Positions 33,401 to 39,437 of a stretch of 54,412 nt of DNA are shown piece by piece. Numbering within the stretch: the first letter of the stretch is position 1; every line of letters starts with the position of its first letter. The DNA lies in IMG/VR virus record IMGVR_UViG_3300025168_000113, positions 1 to 54,412 of that record; one strand, given 5' to 3'. This DNA is from a virus (lineage: Duplodnaviria > Caudoviricetes). The notes beneath the pieces are model-generated. The model did no database searches, had not been told where the DNA came from, and worked only from the letters and a program-made list of their open reading frames with translations. Both the position numbers and the translations under genes were made by a program.

Positions 33401-34477
33401 ACAAGTAAAAATAAAGTTAAAGGAGTAATAGCGTATCTGTTGAATAAAGGTTTTGTATTTACTCAAATTGCTGATAGTTTTGCTATAGCTAGTGGAGGTG
33501 CTACTCTATATAGAAATAGAATTAAAACTTACAAGAAACAAGGTTTGTCGGAAAATGAAGCTATAGAGAAAGCATTCCTTGATTTTAGAGAATTAGCAGA
33601 AGAGTCTCAACAGTCTGCTCGTGCAGATAAGATATCACAGCAGCAAGCTTCAACACTTGGTAGACTCGTGCTTGCATTCGCTAACACACCATCTCAATAT
33701 GCTAGGATAATGGATAAAGCTGGTAAAGATTTAATAGCTGGTAGAGGCGATTGGAAATCTAATATGAGTAAAATCGCTTATTACGGTTTTGTTCAAAACT
33801 TGTTATTTACTACTTTGCAATCAGCATTGTTTGCTTATGGTATGGACGATGACGAAGAAGAAGATGCTAAAGTGTTTCCTGAAAGTAAAATGCTAGACGC
33901 AGCTAATAGCATGGCTGATAACTTATTAAGAGGTATAGGAGTAGGAGGAGTTATATTAGCCCAATCTAAAAATACAATTATAGGTTTAATAAAAAGATCT
34001 GAAAAAGATCCTTACTTTAACCCAGATGCTAGTGGGTTTCCTAAACCAGAATATACTGACGCTGTAGATAAACTTTTAGCTATAAGTCCTCCTGTATCTA
34101 TAAAACTTAGAAAAATAAAAGGTGGTATTACTGATTGGTATTATAATAGATGGAGACCTGAAGCTAGTGAACCATTTAATATAAACAATCCTAACTATAG
34201 AGCAGGTTCTAAAGTCATAGCTGGTGTTAGTAACGTTCCACTTGACAGGTTGTTTCAAAAATTAGAAAATATTCAAGGAGCTTTAGATGCTACAAACCCA
34301 ACTTGGAAAAGAATTTTTATGGCTTTAGGTTGGCCTAAATGGCAGCTTGAAAATGAAAAAGAAAAAGAAGAGAGAAAAGCAAAAGATAAAGCAGAAAGAG
34401 CTAGTATTAAGAAAACACAAAGCGGACCTAAGTTTAAGTCAGCTAATTTTAAAAAAGCTAAATTCAAAACACCGTGA
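24479..34477 (+). CDS. Giant multidomain (polyvalent-like) virion-delivered protein
   Basis: 3332 aa. Hydrophobic Gly/Ala helices at about 26.2-27.0 kb, zincin HEVGH (27737-27751) with downstream EE, HAD motif DFDDT (about 30599) with FADD, a 207-aa tandem repeat and a helical C-terminus. Confidence 0.8.
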   Translation: MAQAFKSLQFNNPTTEDKKKSRKERKRKVLEDTVKGVKAKSTRKGTTSYNTMWDNFTVGEKIQLTLEGKGKWSINEDGNPNWSIFGSGTQASAKAQEKLTKITDREKAKQERQDKRTIAKEDSEAYKKRQQSLSSFSGGGWMDSSALSDFQKSKLDLVLSEEFPDAKVDGNTIAIEDEVYNIEGISLVDENREKKVDILRPTPYADPLATGLRPAYVEEKGGGTMKLPDRYDVLLTRQDGTGVVVNKLVLPFVDPTDEGEEILGGLTGFPDVEILNFEDPELIQEIKDETRSALDKTNSKRIQNILIDKGLIGESEVTIEGTGEKKLEPTTQYDIRPMEKIEDAPVSILYKNGAATDLAKDIINGDIGEKNAKDIFQEIYGDYGVTVEEGGDVGDELIFKIGSEELEVNLDGGIKEAKSTAKDVHDFIKANSRKSTFESYDKPTIANVKELQQRANVIANQIAVANKEAKDLYYKYSTELVEIIELIVEDPINSVSRLSDFLENNPKLEEATDTFLNDVEELTKKIEIKQAYLNDLVKVQQELVANLIKATKQGIDPYTGKPAGEGTIAGFIGNTATKTAVQSIGGAATSALRLLSLFGPAWTDEGSKAVEDTMREIRGNIKALSNELATDTEEEYIRRLVDDSIIAAVGEQVTRMGAQFVLSGFNPYLMFIAMTGEMTYQNEEIIGINQNIPTPVKGATIFSTGLIGGLLERAGFQKMLPKSTTKRAIPWILSKIKNRKGGFPKTRQELAQAIGVQVEKLAYAVQQGGEAAFVETITEVAQEGVNKTAVEILTAVYEEEGDSPLFDSQFRLLNNPKLLDQMIEIIKISAATGGLMGSIGGVVDLNRENKLRKINAKEFNKLMTFVKDPAAVQAFEIQMVHDLMKGASLADVQAKVNSLKEIQDLIEQIPTNLDEDTKQKIFLNLKKIKALEAYISKYNGTLVKAEKQQIEDLKKQNEELAADPENRGKDLTLEERQEIEKETFKEDTKKVSKSIDSYIAKLNKQLQKVKGATIFTIETTKKEGEKGFERLKEKIKKEYGEDAAGKMNPNEPAQIIQSPSGKFKSFIIINKPVLIRQPVNPLDVIDHEVGHFLFEKALLSNPELASELKKSLRDHLLAEGKNDLVKKLDKRIDEDYVEQDKAEKKLAEEEGREYTPMTQSDFDEEWVMNFIQMDSIPDPSFWQKLLKLFNDLMATFGVAEDGAPLLESTDGESIYNFLKGIREFGVRGEVKIDSSKKTEDVDKDVSATSKSSKKLSPEQSKTVEESILELKQEIKENEEIAAKFGKEPVPTAKQRRLEESILKDQLKPTIDSFVESQTKRLFDPIAPDARNNVTRQAFRESMVSDIETMIIKEFEQKQDIEKFITSRGYLRANSLAKRLGIKSVEQGIDKDIDQAKGVAAETETITVDEKKPTKQIKLKERLGNDAIEITEEVKERGKDIDLETVDFKSLKDLTPEMTQEMFGISPKPGNLSKADVRNAQQFISKHADVLIAMLPEGSTPSGTSTGVQKVLLDAFYTKGDRAVMAKTGSKAGLQEQTKRNDITKEEFLELFGITPAGQPNISDRNTSSKIKALVAQTGRMLTNQALREQAEDTGKTVPSKVFEGKAKTMFAKAAEKEAEKLINNKNVLETSDEVLIGEELIKEIGTWRGLVDAYKGVEALDLRDENDLEEYKNWVLTEFAKRLPKEFFKAGFFSGGRRTLESGALAWFGKEDFNKSIKTVEQFGEFDQDIINAATRVNDGKIIVKDSNGKNKKVKFGEKEFTKFADSKLRGLKKVFEIFQDMIVDDPQNIKYIGQFLSSTSANMSQFIRVAAPWRFMQQNLEGKKTIEEHTLPVSFTAKYLFERAIEENVDDYWYGIEQNFFQGLITKANDDKLKDLPGQPKRKLRDFPPKEQAYDILIGNDSIWLRYFNDFVNNNKNGFNANEIVLENGKTIAQEFKVEVDKKFQQDPNVIQFQNGLIEKVLLGEDIKSQQEMDIFTEKLAKEKKKANSKNSLKLKDSKVVKVNENAPTSENIREAEVLDKALNIARDPNAPVKKIRVFDFDDTLARTKSNVLYTMPDGTTGKLTAEEFAKKGSEMLEQGAVWDFSEFNKVMEGKEGPLLGVARLIQQARGTKDVFVLTARSQEAAPAIKEFLDSVGLNIPIENITGLGDSSPLAKSNWVVDKAADGYNDFYFADDHMGNVDAVQKALAVMEAKAKVQQAKIKFSLNTKRDLKWKTIGGSFNIVEADFEVDGKDYQIEIKRKGVGHIFSKLEDHFSTLELALNPTKEIADDNLREKELSGGKPKILDASFYRITDNFYTGIEKDVDLTGEGNAAEVISIVVNGLVDKYKKTKGAQGVTFTAYEPSRTRLYRTLANMFGEKLGLKVLETEFDGSETSTEFLLLDKTLFEEVKRTPVTKLSKQSKSKTPAIKFSLNTKRDLKWKLIEKPAREGGNVQEALFKVKGKDYLVDANVENIEDLFYKLEDMVGMEMTESEVEAVSNKLKEDNDVKPKIIETSFYRTRNRPSGRDGKDIDLTGEGDAAEVLSIVVNGLVEKYKNTEGAQGIAFTSFEPSRTRLYRTIANLFARKLNLKVLEKEGDGNYIPTGFILLDKNLIETFEETPAIKFSKQSKPVQTVLDVVDVKSDVQKAKTKFSKTVDQVMNTIIFQKTGIQQYKEFAEVSAQAKGRGVKSFDLIPPSAQDFGGLLYKLLSKGELGDKQWKWMQEHLIRPYGRAMNDLSVAQNQLMADFKALKQSLSGVPKNLKKKAFGGFTNEDVVRITTWDRQGIKVDGISKRDLDAARDYVANKPDLNNFIDQLIAITKGDGYYYPGKNWLAGTITTDFREGLRKVARKNLLEQWQENVDLAFNESNMNKIEAEFGPKYREALEDSLRRMSTGQNRAKGMSRIEQRFADYINNSVGAVMFLNARSAVLQTISAVNFINWNDNNPMKAAQAFANQPQYWKDFMKLMNSDFLVDRRNGLKINVSESEIAEAAKTSKNKVKGVIAYLLNKGFVFTQIADSFAIASGGATLYRNRIKTYKKQGLSENEAIEKAFLDFRELAEESQQSARADKISQQQASTLGRLVLAFANTPSQYARIMDKAGKDLIAGRGDWKSNMSKIAYYGFVQNLLFTTLQSALFAYGMDDDEEEDAKVFPESKMLDAANSMADNLLRGIGVGGVILAQSKNTIIGLIKRSEKDPYFNPDASGFPKPEYTDAVDKLLAISPPVSIKLRKIKGGITDWYYNRWRPEASEPFNINNPNYRAGSKVIAGVSNVPLDRLFQKLENIQGALDATNPTWKRIFMALGWPKWQLENEKEKEERKAKDKAERASIKKTQSGPKFKSANFKKAKFKTP
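31087..32311 (+). repeat. Internal tandem duplication of a ~207-aa domain
   Basis: KFSLNTKRDLKWK...DLTGEGxAAEVxSIVVNGLV...EPSRTRLYRT occurs twice; AATACTAARCGAGATTTAAAATGGAAA at 31100 and 31721. Confidence 0.9.
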
Positions 34478-34830
34478 CAAAAATAAACGAAAACACAGAG
34501 TTAAAGTTAGATCTTAAAACTATTATAAGCATTATAATTATAACAGCTTCTTTCGTTGGCATGTATTTTACCTTGCAATCAGACATTGAAGTAGCTAAGA
34601 CTTTACCACCTAGTCAGATAAATAGAATAGAGTATGATCTTAAACATGAAGCTTACGAAAAAAGACTTGATCAATTAGAAGAGACTGTGGAAATAATATT
34701 TAAACTAGGTATAGAATTAGATAAAGAACTTCACATAATAGATGATGGTTATAATAGTAACATGGAATCTAAAATAAAAGAAGTTGAAGCTAAAATAAAA
34801 GCTACTAATAAGAAAAGAAAAAGAAGATGA
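34474..34830 (+). CDS. Single-TM coiled-coil membrane protein
   Basis: GTG start, TM helix IISIIIITASFVGMYF, then coiled coil and basic tail. Confidence 0.6.
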   Translation: MTKINENTELKLDLKTIISIIIITASFVGMYFTLQSDIEVAKTLPPSQINRIEYDLKHEAYEKRLDQLEETVEIIFKLGIELDKELHIIDDGYNSNMESKIKEVEAKIKATNKKRKRR

Positions 34831-35681
34831 AATACTTAAGTATAATACTGTCGTTGTTAATAAGTGTTGCTTATGGCCAGTGTGATAATGGTACAAACTA
34901 TTACCCATCTTTTATATACACGCCATTAGAAGATACTTGGGATTATGCTTCCACTTGTAACTGGGCTGGAGAAGTTATACAGCTTAATGTAAAAGCGGGA
35001 GATACATATGAATTTTCTACATGTGATCAGTATGGTTTTGAGCAAGCCGGTTATGACACACAAATAACTTTATTAGATGGACTAGGTAATTTATTAGATT
35101 TCAATGATGATTACGGTGGATGTGCAGGATATACATCTTATCTTAGATGGGCTGCTCCTTACAGTGGTACAGTGTATTTACATTTAAACGAATACTATTG
35201 TTTAACTAATTTTACATGTACTACAGTTATGATATACCGTACACCTTCATTTGCTTTACCTATAGAATTAATTTCTTTTGATGGTGAAGTATTAGGAGGA
35301 GATATACATCCTTTAGTGATGATTGATTGGGTTGTTGCTTCTCAAGTTAACAATGATTATTATGAAGTACAAAGAAGTGTAGATGTTGAAACTTGGCATA
35401 CAATAAGCACTGTGACAGGAGCCGGGAATAGTAACACCCAAATGTCATACTCTACTTTAGATGATAATCCACTGCATGGAGTTTCTTATTATCGTCTTAG
35501 ACAAACAGATTACGATGGACAAACCGAATCATTTAATCCTATATCAATCATAATCAGTTCAGAAGAAAAGATAATTGATAAAGTGATAAATTTTATGGGG
35601 CAAGAGGTTAATGATAACTATAAAGGAATGGTGTTAGAAATATACCGTGACGGAACTTATGTAAAGAAAAAATACGAATAA
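34827..35681 (+). CDS. Secreted protein with T9SS-cargo-like architecture
   Basis: Sec signal ending AYG-Q, Cys-rich PPC-like domain, LPIELISF...YYRLRQTDYDG domain, and C-terminal NFMGQEV...YRDGTYVKK. Confidence 0.7.
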   Translation: MKYLSIILSLLISVAYGQCDNGTNYYPSFIYTPLEDTWDYASTCNWAGEVIQLNVKAGDTYEFSTCDQYGFEQAGYDTQITLLDGLGNLLDFNDDYGGCAGYTSYLRWAAPYSGTVYLHLNEYYCLTNFTCTTVMIYRTPSFALPIELISFDGEVLGGDIHPLVMIDWVVASQVNNDYYEVQRSVDVETWHTISTVTGAGNSNTQMSYSTLDDNPLHGVSYYRLRQTDYDGQTESFNPISIIISSEEKIIDKVINFMGQEVNDNYKGMVLEIYRDGTYVKKKYE

Positions 35682-35806
35682 TGGCAACTAAGAGAAAGAA
35701 AAAGAAAATGAAGAACCCATGCTGGAAAGGTTATGAAGCTATAGGTATGAAGAAAAAAGGTGGTAGAAAGGTTCCTAACTGTGTACCCATTAAAAAGAAG
35801 AAATAA
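35681..35806 (+). CDS. Small basic peptide (41 aa), not in ORF track
   Basis: MATKRKKKKMKNPCWKGYEAIGMKKKGGRKVPNCVPIKKKK; TAATG overlaps at both ends. Confidence 0.7.
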   Translation: MATKRKKKKMKNPCWKGYEAIGMKKKGGRKVPNCVPIKKKK

Positions 35807-36066
35807 TGAATGATGCTAGCTACGAAAAGTCTAATCGTAAGATGCGATCAGAACATAAAAGAGAAACAGGTAAAACGCTAGGTAAAAGACTTACGTCAGG
35901 TAAGAATAAACGTAGAGTTTCATTTGCTTGTAGATTTGCGGGTATGAAAGGACCTATGAAGAAACCTAATGGTGAACCAACTAGAAAAGCTAGAGCTTTG
36001 AAAAAGTGGGGTTTTGGAAGTGTAGGTGCTGCTAGTAAGTTTTGTAACAGCAATAAAGAAAAATAA
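35806..36066 (+). CDS. Small basic protein
   Basis: 86 aa, K/R-rich, RRVSFACR...ALKKW motif. Confidence 0.7.
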   Translation: MNDASYEKSNRKMRSEHKRETGKTLGKRLTSGKNKRRVSFACRFAGMKGPMKKPNGEPTRKARALKKWGFGSVGAASKFCNSNKEK

Positions 36067-36111
36067 AAGGAACAATAAGAAATGGGCACCATACCTAAAG
36101 TTCCTGTAACC

Positions 36112-36147
36112 AAAAAAGGGGATCTCAATACGAGGTCCCCTTTTTTT
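36112..36147. terminator. Bidirectional intrinsic terminator at the convergence of the two arms
   Basis: A6-GGGGATCTC-AATAC-GAGGTCCCC-T7. Confidence 0.9.
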
Positions 36148-36167
36148 ATTTGTGTATATAACTTTAG

Positions 36168-36290
36168 CTACTTAGGCTTAGTGTGCCCATAACCTTTGTT
36201 CTTTAATTCTAAATGTTTTTTATAAGTTTTAGCCATTGTAGAGCTTTTACCTTTATACATCATATGTGATTTAAATTTTTTAGTTGCCAT
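36168..36290 (-). CDS. Small basic peptide (40 aa), not in ORF track
   Basis: MATKKFKSHMMYKGKSSTMAKTYKKHLELKNKGYGHTKPK with an A-rich start context. Confidence 0.6.
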   Translation of the reverse strand: MATKKFKSHMMYKGKSSTMAKTYKKHLELKNKGYGHTKPK

Positions 36291-36300
36291 TGTTTTTATT

Positions 36301-38163
36301 TTAAGTTATTTCACAAGCTCCACCAGCACAAGCTAACTCGCCTGATAGATCTGTTTCATCTGTTGTTTCTACTATCTTACTAAGATCAACTTGGTTTAAT
36401 GACTCCATCATTATTTCATATTGAGATTTTTTAATGTCCTCAAATGGAGCTTGAGTGTAAGTACCACCGTCATAAGGTAATACAGATAAGCCGTTGTAAT
36501 GTTCTCTGTTATCCCACATCCATTCACCGGCTGGTTCCCACTCTTCAGGTTTCAAACTTATTGTTGCTGAAACATTATGAGTGTTAGATCCTTTTCTATG
36601 ACCTGGTTTAACCCATTCAGTAGCTATCTTCTTAACTCTTTCTAATAAATCAAAAGATGATTCAGTTCTAAGTATAGCACCTTCAGGAGATTTTTGAGGA
36701 ATAGATATTACAGCAGTATCGTGTGGCCTGAAATATTCATCTTCTATTAGTTCTGGGTGGTACGTACTTAGATAATTATATATAGCTTCGTTCTTACCAA
36801 CCCTGATCCTACGGACATAATAATTGTTATGCCATGCGTGAATACCAGATGATGTTCCTAACGCCAGAGATGTCGTCCCAGCAGGCTTCACAGTTGTACA
36901 TCGTGCAGCTTTATTAATTCCAATCAACTTCGCGACCCTTGTGTTTTCCCTTTTTACAACTTGAGCGGCTTTCTCCATGTCGTATCCTAACACCGTTCCA
37001 CTCCCGATCCCCGTCATGCTCACCCCAATCAGTGCGTCTTTTTCGGTTGTCTCTTGCCATATCTCTCTTAAATAGTGAAAGTCAGTATAGCCTGCTTGTA
37101 ACGTTCCAATGAACGCAGCTGCTTTGACTCTATTGTTTAAATCTTCTTGTGACTCAAGGTCTGAAACATTGACTTCACATAAGTTACAAAATTGATAAGG
37201 TCTTAATGCTATTTCACAGCACGGGTTTGTCCCCCAATCCTTATCGTTATTAAAGTAAATGCCAGGTTCACCAGCACCACTTTTTTCTACACGTTCCCAG
37301 AGTTTCATAAAAAATTCTTTAGTAATTTTATGTCTCATTAAACATGCAGAGTTATTAGCTCTACCTCTTTGTGGGTTTGTTTCCCACCAATCTCCAGATT
37401 TACAAGATATCATTTCATGATCGTCTGCTGAAAATAAAGATATTAACGCTGCTCTTCTGATACCACCTGCTAATACAGCATCTGCTATATGGCAAACGAT
37501 ATCATGAACTTCTACAGTTGTTAATTGATCTCCATCTTCTTTTGATTGTAGTATTCCTTTAAGCTTTACTAAACATTCTTTCAAAGGTTGTGGGCCAGGA
37601 GCTTTACCTCCTGACGTCACTAGTTGAGCTCCTTTCGGTCTTATATCTGAGTAATCAAAACTAATTCTTGACGATCTTTGACCACCCATATAAGACTTCA
37701 TTAATACTTTAATAGCATCAGCCCATCCTTCAATTGAATCACCAATAAGGAATCTTCTCCTGCGTTTTTCATACGGTTTGTTTATAGGAGGTAATTTACC
37801 TACATGATGGTTCTGAACAGAGTAGCCTACACCAGTTCCTCCCAGAAGTAAGAACATTACTTCATGGAAAGAATCAATGTGGTCAATAGGTAAGTAAGCA
37901 CAATTATATACTCTGTTAGGAGATATTTCTATAGGCTTACCACCAAATTGTAAACTACGCATACTAGGTAAAACCTTTTTCTCATATACTAACTTGTAAA
38001 CCTCATTTATTTGAGCCGCTAACTGCGGGTATGTTTTAATATGCATTGCTTTGTTTCTATCCACTAATTCCTCCCAGGTTTCCCTACGATTCTTTTCAGG
38101 TAGATACTTAGCATATTTCATATGTACTGTTATATTAGATAAGATCTCACTTGCTAGTTCCAT
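36301..38163 (-). CDS. nrdJ: Class II (adenosylcobalamin-dependent) ribonucleotide reductase
   Basis: LPSMR, YNCAY, TNPCCEI, FCNL, TTVKPAGT and C-terminal CAGGAC; no small subunit gene nearby. Confidence 0.9.
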   Translation of the reverse strand: MELASEILSNITVHMKYAKYLPEKNRRETWEELVDRNKAMHIKTYPQLAAQINEVYKLVYEKKVLPSMRSLQFGGKPIEISPNRVYNCAYLPIDHIDSFHEVMFLLLGGTGVGYSVQNHHVGKLPPINKPYEKRRRRFLIGDSIEGWADAIKVLMKSYMGGQRSSRISFDYSDIRPKGAQLVTSGGKAPGPQPLKECLVKLKGILQSKEDGDQLTTVEVHDIVCHIADAVLAGGIRRAALISLFSADDHEMISCKSGDWWETNPQRGRANNSACLMRHKITKEFFMKLWERVEKSGAGEPGIYFNNDKDWGTNPCCEIALRPYQFCNLCEVNVSDLESQEDLNNRVKAAAFIGTLQAGYTDFHYLREIWQETTEKDALIGVSMTGIGSGTVLGYDMEKAAQVVKRENTRVAKLIGINKAARCTTVKPAGTTSLALGTSSGIHAWHNNYYVRRIRVGKNEAIYNYLSTYHPELIEDEYFRPHDTAVISIPQKSPEGAILRTESSFDLLERVKKIATEWVKPGHRKGSNTHNVSATISLKPEEWEPAGEWMWDNREHYNGLSVLPYDGGTYTQAPFEDIKKSQYEIMMESLNQVDLSKIVETTDETDLSGELACAGGACEIT

Positions 38164-38374
38164 TCTGTTCTGCTTTCTTTTTTTCTTCTACTTCTTCTTC
38201 CATTTTAACTTTTAGTTTTTCAATGGCGTCTTCGTATCCGGGCATTAGCTTTAATGTTTCTAATGTTCCGACACCAAGTTCTCTAAGATGAGACGTTTCG
38301 TTAAATACATGTTGTAATAAACGTGTTAACGACTCAATTTTATTTTTCATTTCCAGTAATGTCTGTTCTTTCAT
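38147..38374 (-). CDS. Hypothetical protein
   Basis: 75-aa helical ORF in the operon. Confidence 0.6.
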   Translation of the reverse strand: MKEQTLLEMKNKIESLTRLLQHVFNETSHLRELGVGTLETLKLMPGYEDAIEKLKVKMEEEVEEKKKAEQNGTSK

Positions 38375-38510
38375 GGTATATGTTTATACACAAATCAACT
38401 AAGGGTAAGTAAAACACATGGGAGGTTTTTCCGCCAATCTGGCCTCCATAGGTTCTCATTCCGATTAATAAACCTGGATACAGACCTACACTCAAATCCC
38501 AATTTCTCAT
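38340..38510 (-). CDS. Hypothetical protein (56 aa), not in ORF track
   Basis: MRNWDLSVGLYPGLLIGMRTY...; fills a gap in the operon. Confidence 0.55.
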   Translation of the reverse strand: MRNWDLSVGLYPGLLIGMRTYGGQIGGKTSHVFYLPLVDLCINIYHERTDITGNEK

Positions 38511-38665
38511 TTATATTGTTTTTCAAATTCTATTAATTCTCTATATTTCAAATATCCTTTCTGTTCGATACTCCATTTAATAAACTTATCAACTTGTCTA
38601 TTTTTATATTGTATCCTAGCTACTGCTTTTTTCTGGATAGGATTAGTTCTATAGTTGCGTCGCAC
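38507..38665 (-). CDS. Hypothetical 52-codon ORF (GTG start, or -1 frameshift extension of the nuclease)
   Basis: Open frame ...ARIQYKNRQVDKFIKWSIEQKGYLKYRELI...; its TGA overlaps the next ATG. Confidence 0.5.
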   Translation of the reverse strand: MRRNYRTNPIQKKAVARIQYKNRQVDKFIKWSIEQKGYLKYRELIEFEKQYK

Positions 38666-39069
38666 TCTGTTCGATTTTGTGGTTTATAAATTGTATATCC
38701 AGGCAAATACATTTGGACATATCTTTTAAATAGTTTCCATCTAATAGGAAACGATTCATTAGGTCGACCTTTACATTCAATAATAAAGTCTTTACCTACA
38801 AAGTCAGGAGTGTATTTAATATTCTTTATATTTTTATCACCTCTGTTTTTAAAATCTCCTTTGCTATTTGCACATCTCTCGTATACATCGTTTTGAAATT
38901 TAAAACCATGTATTAGTTCGAAGGTCTCTCCTTCGTATTTAGCTTCTATACTAGCTTGTTTAAGTACTGTATACATATAAGCTTCTAAACCAGAAGCGAA
39001 AGAAAGACCATCAACGACGGTCTTCTTTGCTCTAACTGGTCCTTTCTTCTTTTTTTTACCCTGCCACAT
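38620..39069 (-). CDS. PD-(D/E)XK endonuclease, T7 endonuclease I-like
   Basis: FASGLE, YTPDF and IIECKG motifs. Confidence 0.75.
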   Translation of the reverse strand: MWQGKKKKKGPVRAKKTVVDGLSFASGLEAYMYTVLKQASIEAKYEGETFELIHGFKFQNDVYERCANSKGDFKNRGDKNIKNIKYTPDFVGKDFIIECKGRPNESFPIRWKLFKRYVQMYLPGYTIYKPQNRTECDATIELILSRKKQ

Positions 39070-39367
39070 CTGTTACGTAATAAGGTAAACCTGGATTGAA
39101 ACTACCTGAGCTAGCTTCTTGTAACTCTTCTTTAGCAGCTTGAATATATAATATTGCATCCATTAACTCTTCTTGAACATCATTGAGGTAACCTGCCAAA
39201 TCTTTATGTCCACCTGTTCTTTCGTCATGTAATGTCTTACCATACTTTTCAAAGCCAACATCTGATCTTGATACAAACTTATCTACTACTCTTTCAACCA
39301 CTGGGTCTCTAAATTTAATTGTCTTCTCTTTCATCTTTATCATCTTTAATCCACATAAATATCGCAA
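39056..39367 (-). CDS. Small all-alpha NTP-pyrophosphatase-like protein
   Basis: GFEKYG...VQEELMDAILY motif; true start is probably near 39334. Confidence 0.5.
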   Translation of the reverse strand: MRYLCGLKMIKMKEKTIKFRDPVVERVVDKFVSRSDVGFEKYGKTLHDERTGGHKDLAGYLNDVQEELMDAILYIQAAKEELQEASSGSFNPGLPYYVTDVAG

Positions 39368-39437
39368 ACAATCCTAGTAAAAACATTGCTCCGAACATTA
39401 AATACATTTGAGTAAACGCTGCTATCGGCTCACCCAT
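39315..39437 (-). CDS. Small single-TM protein (40 aa), not in ORF track
   Basis: MGEPIAAFTQMYLMFGAMFLLGLFAIFMWIKDDKDEREDN. Confidence 0.5.
   Translation of the reverse strand: MGEPIAAFTQMYLMFGAMFLLGLFAIFMWIKDDKDEREDN

Noticed and set aside
2889-34467. Short antisense or alternate-frame track ORFs inside structural genes (e.g. 4490-4714, 5317-5799, 7007-7369, 30388-30750)
   Set aside because: They are nested in long well-supported genes, mostly oppose operon direction, and show no recognisable motifs.
4983-38163. Introns or inteins in terminase or RNR
   Set aside because: Both ORFs are uninterrupted, of ordinary size, and show no intein splice motifs.
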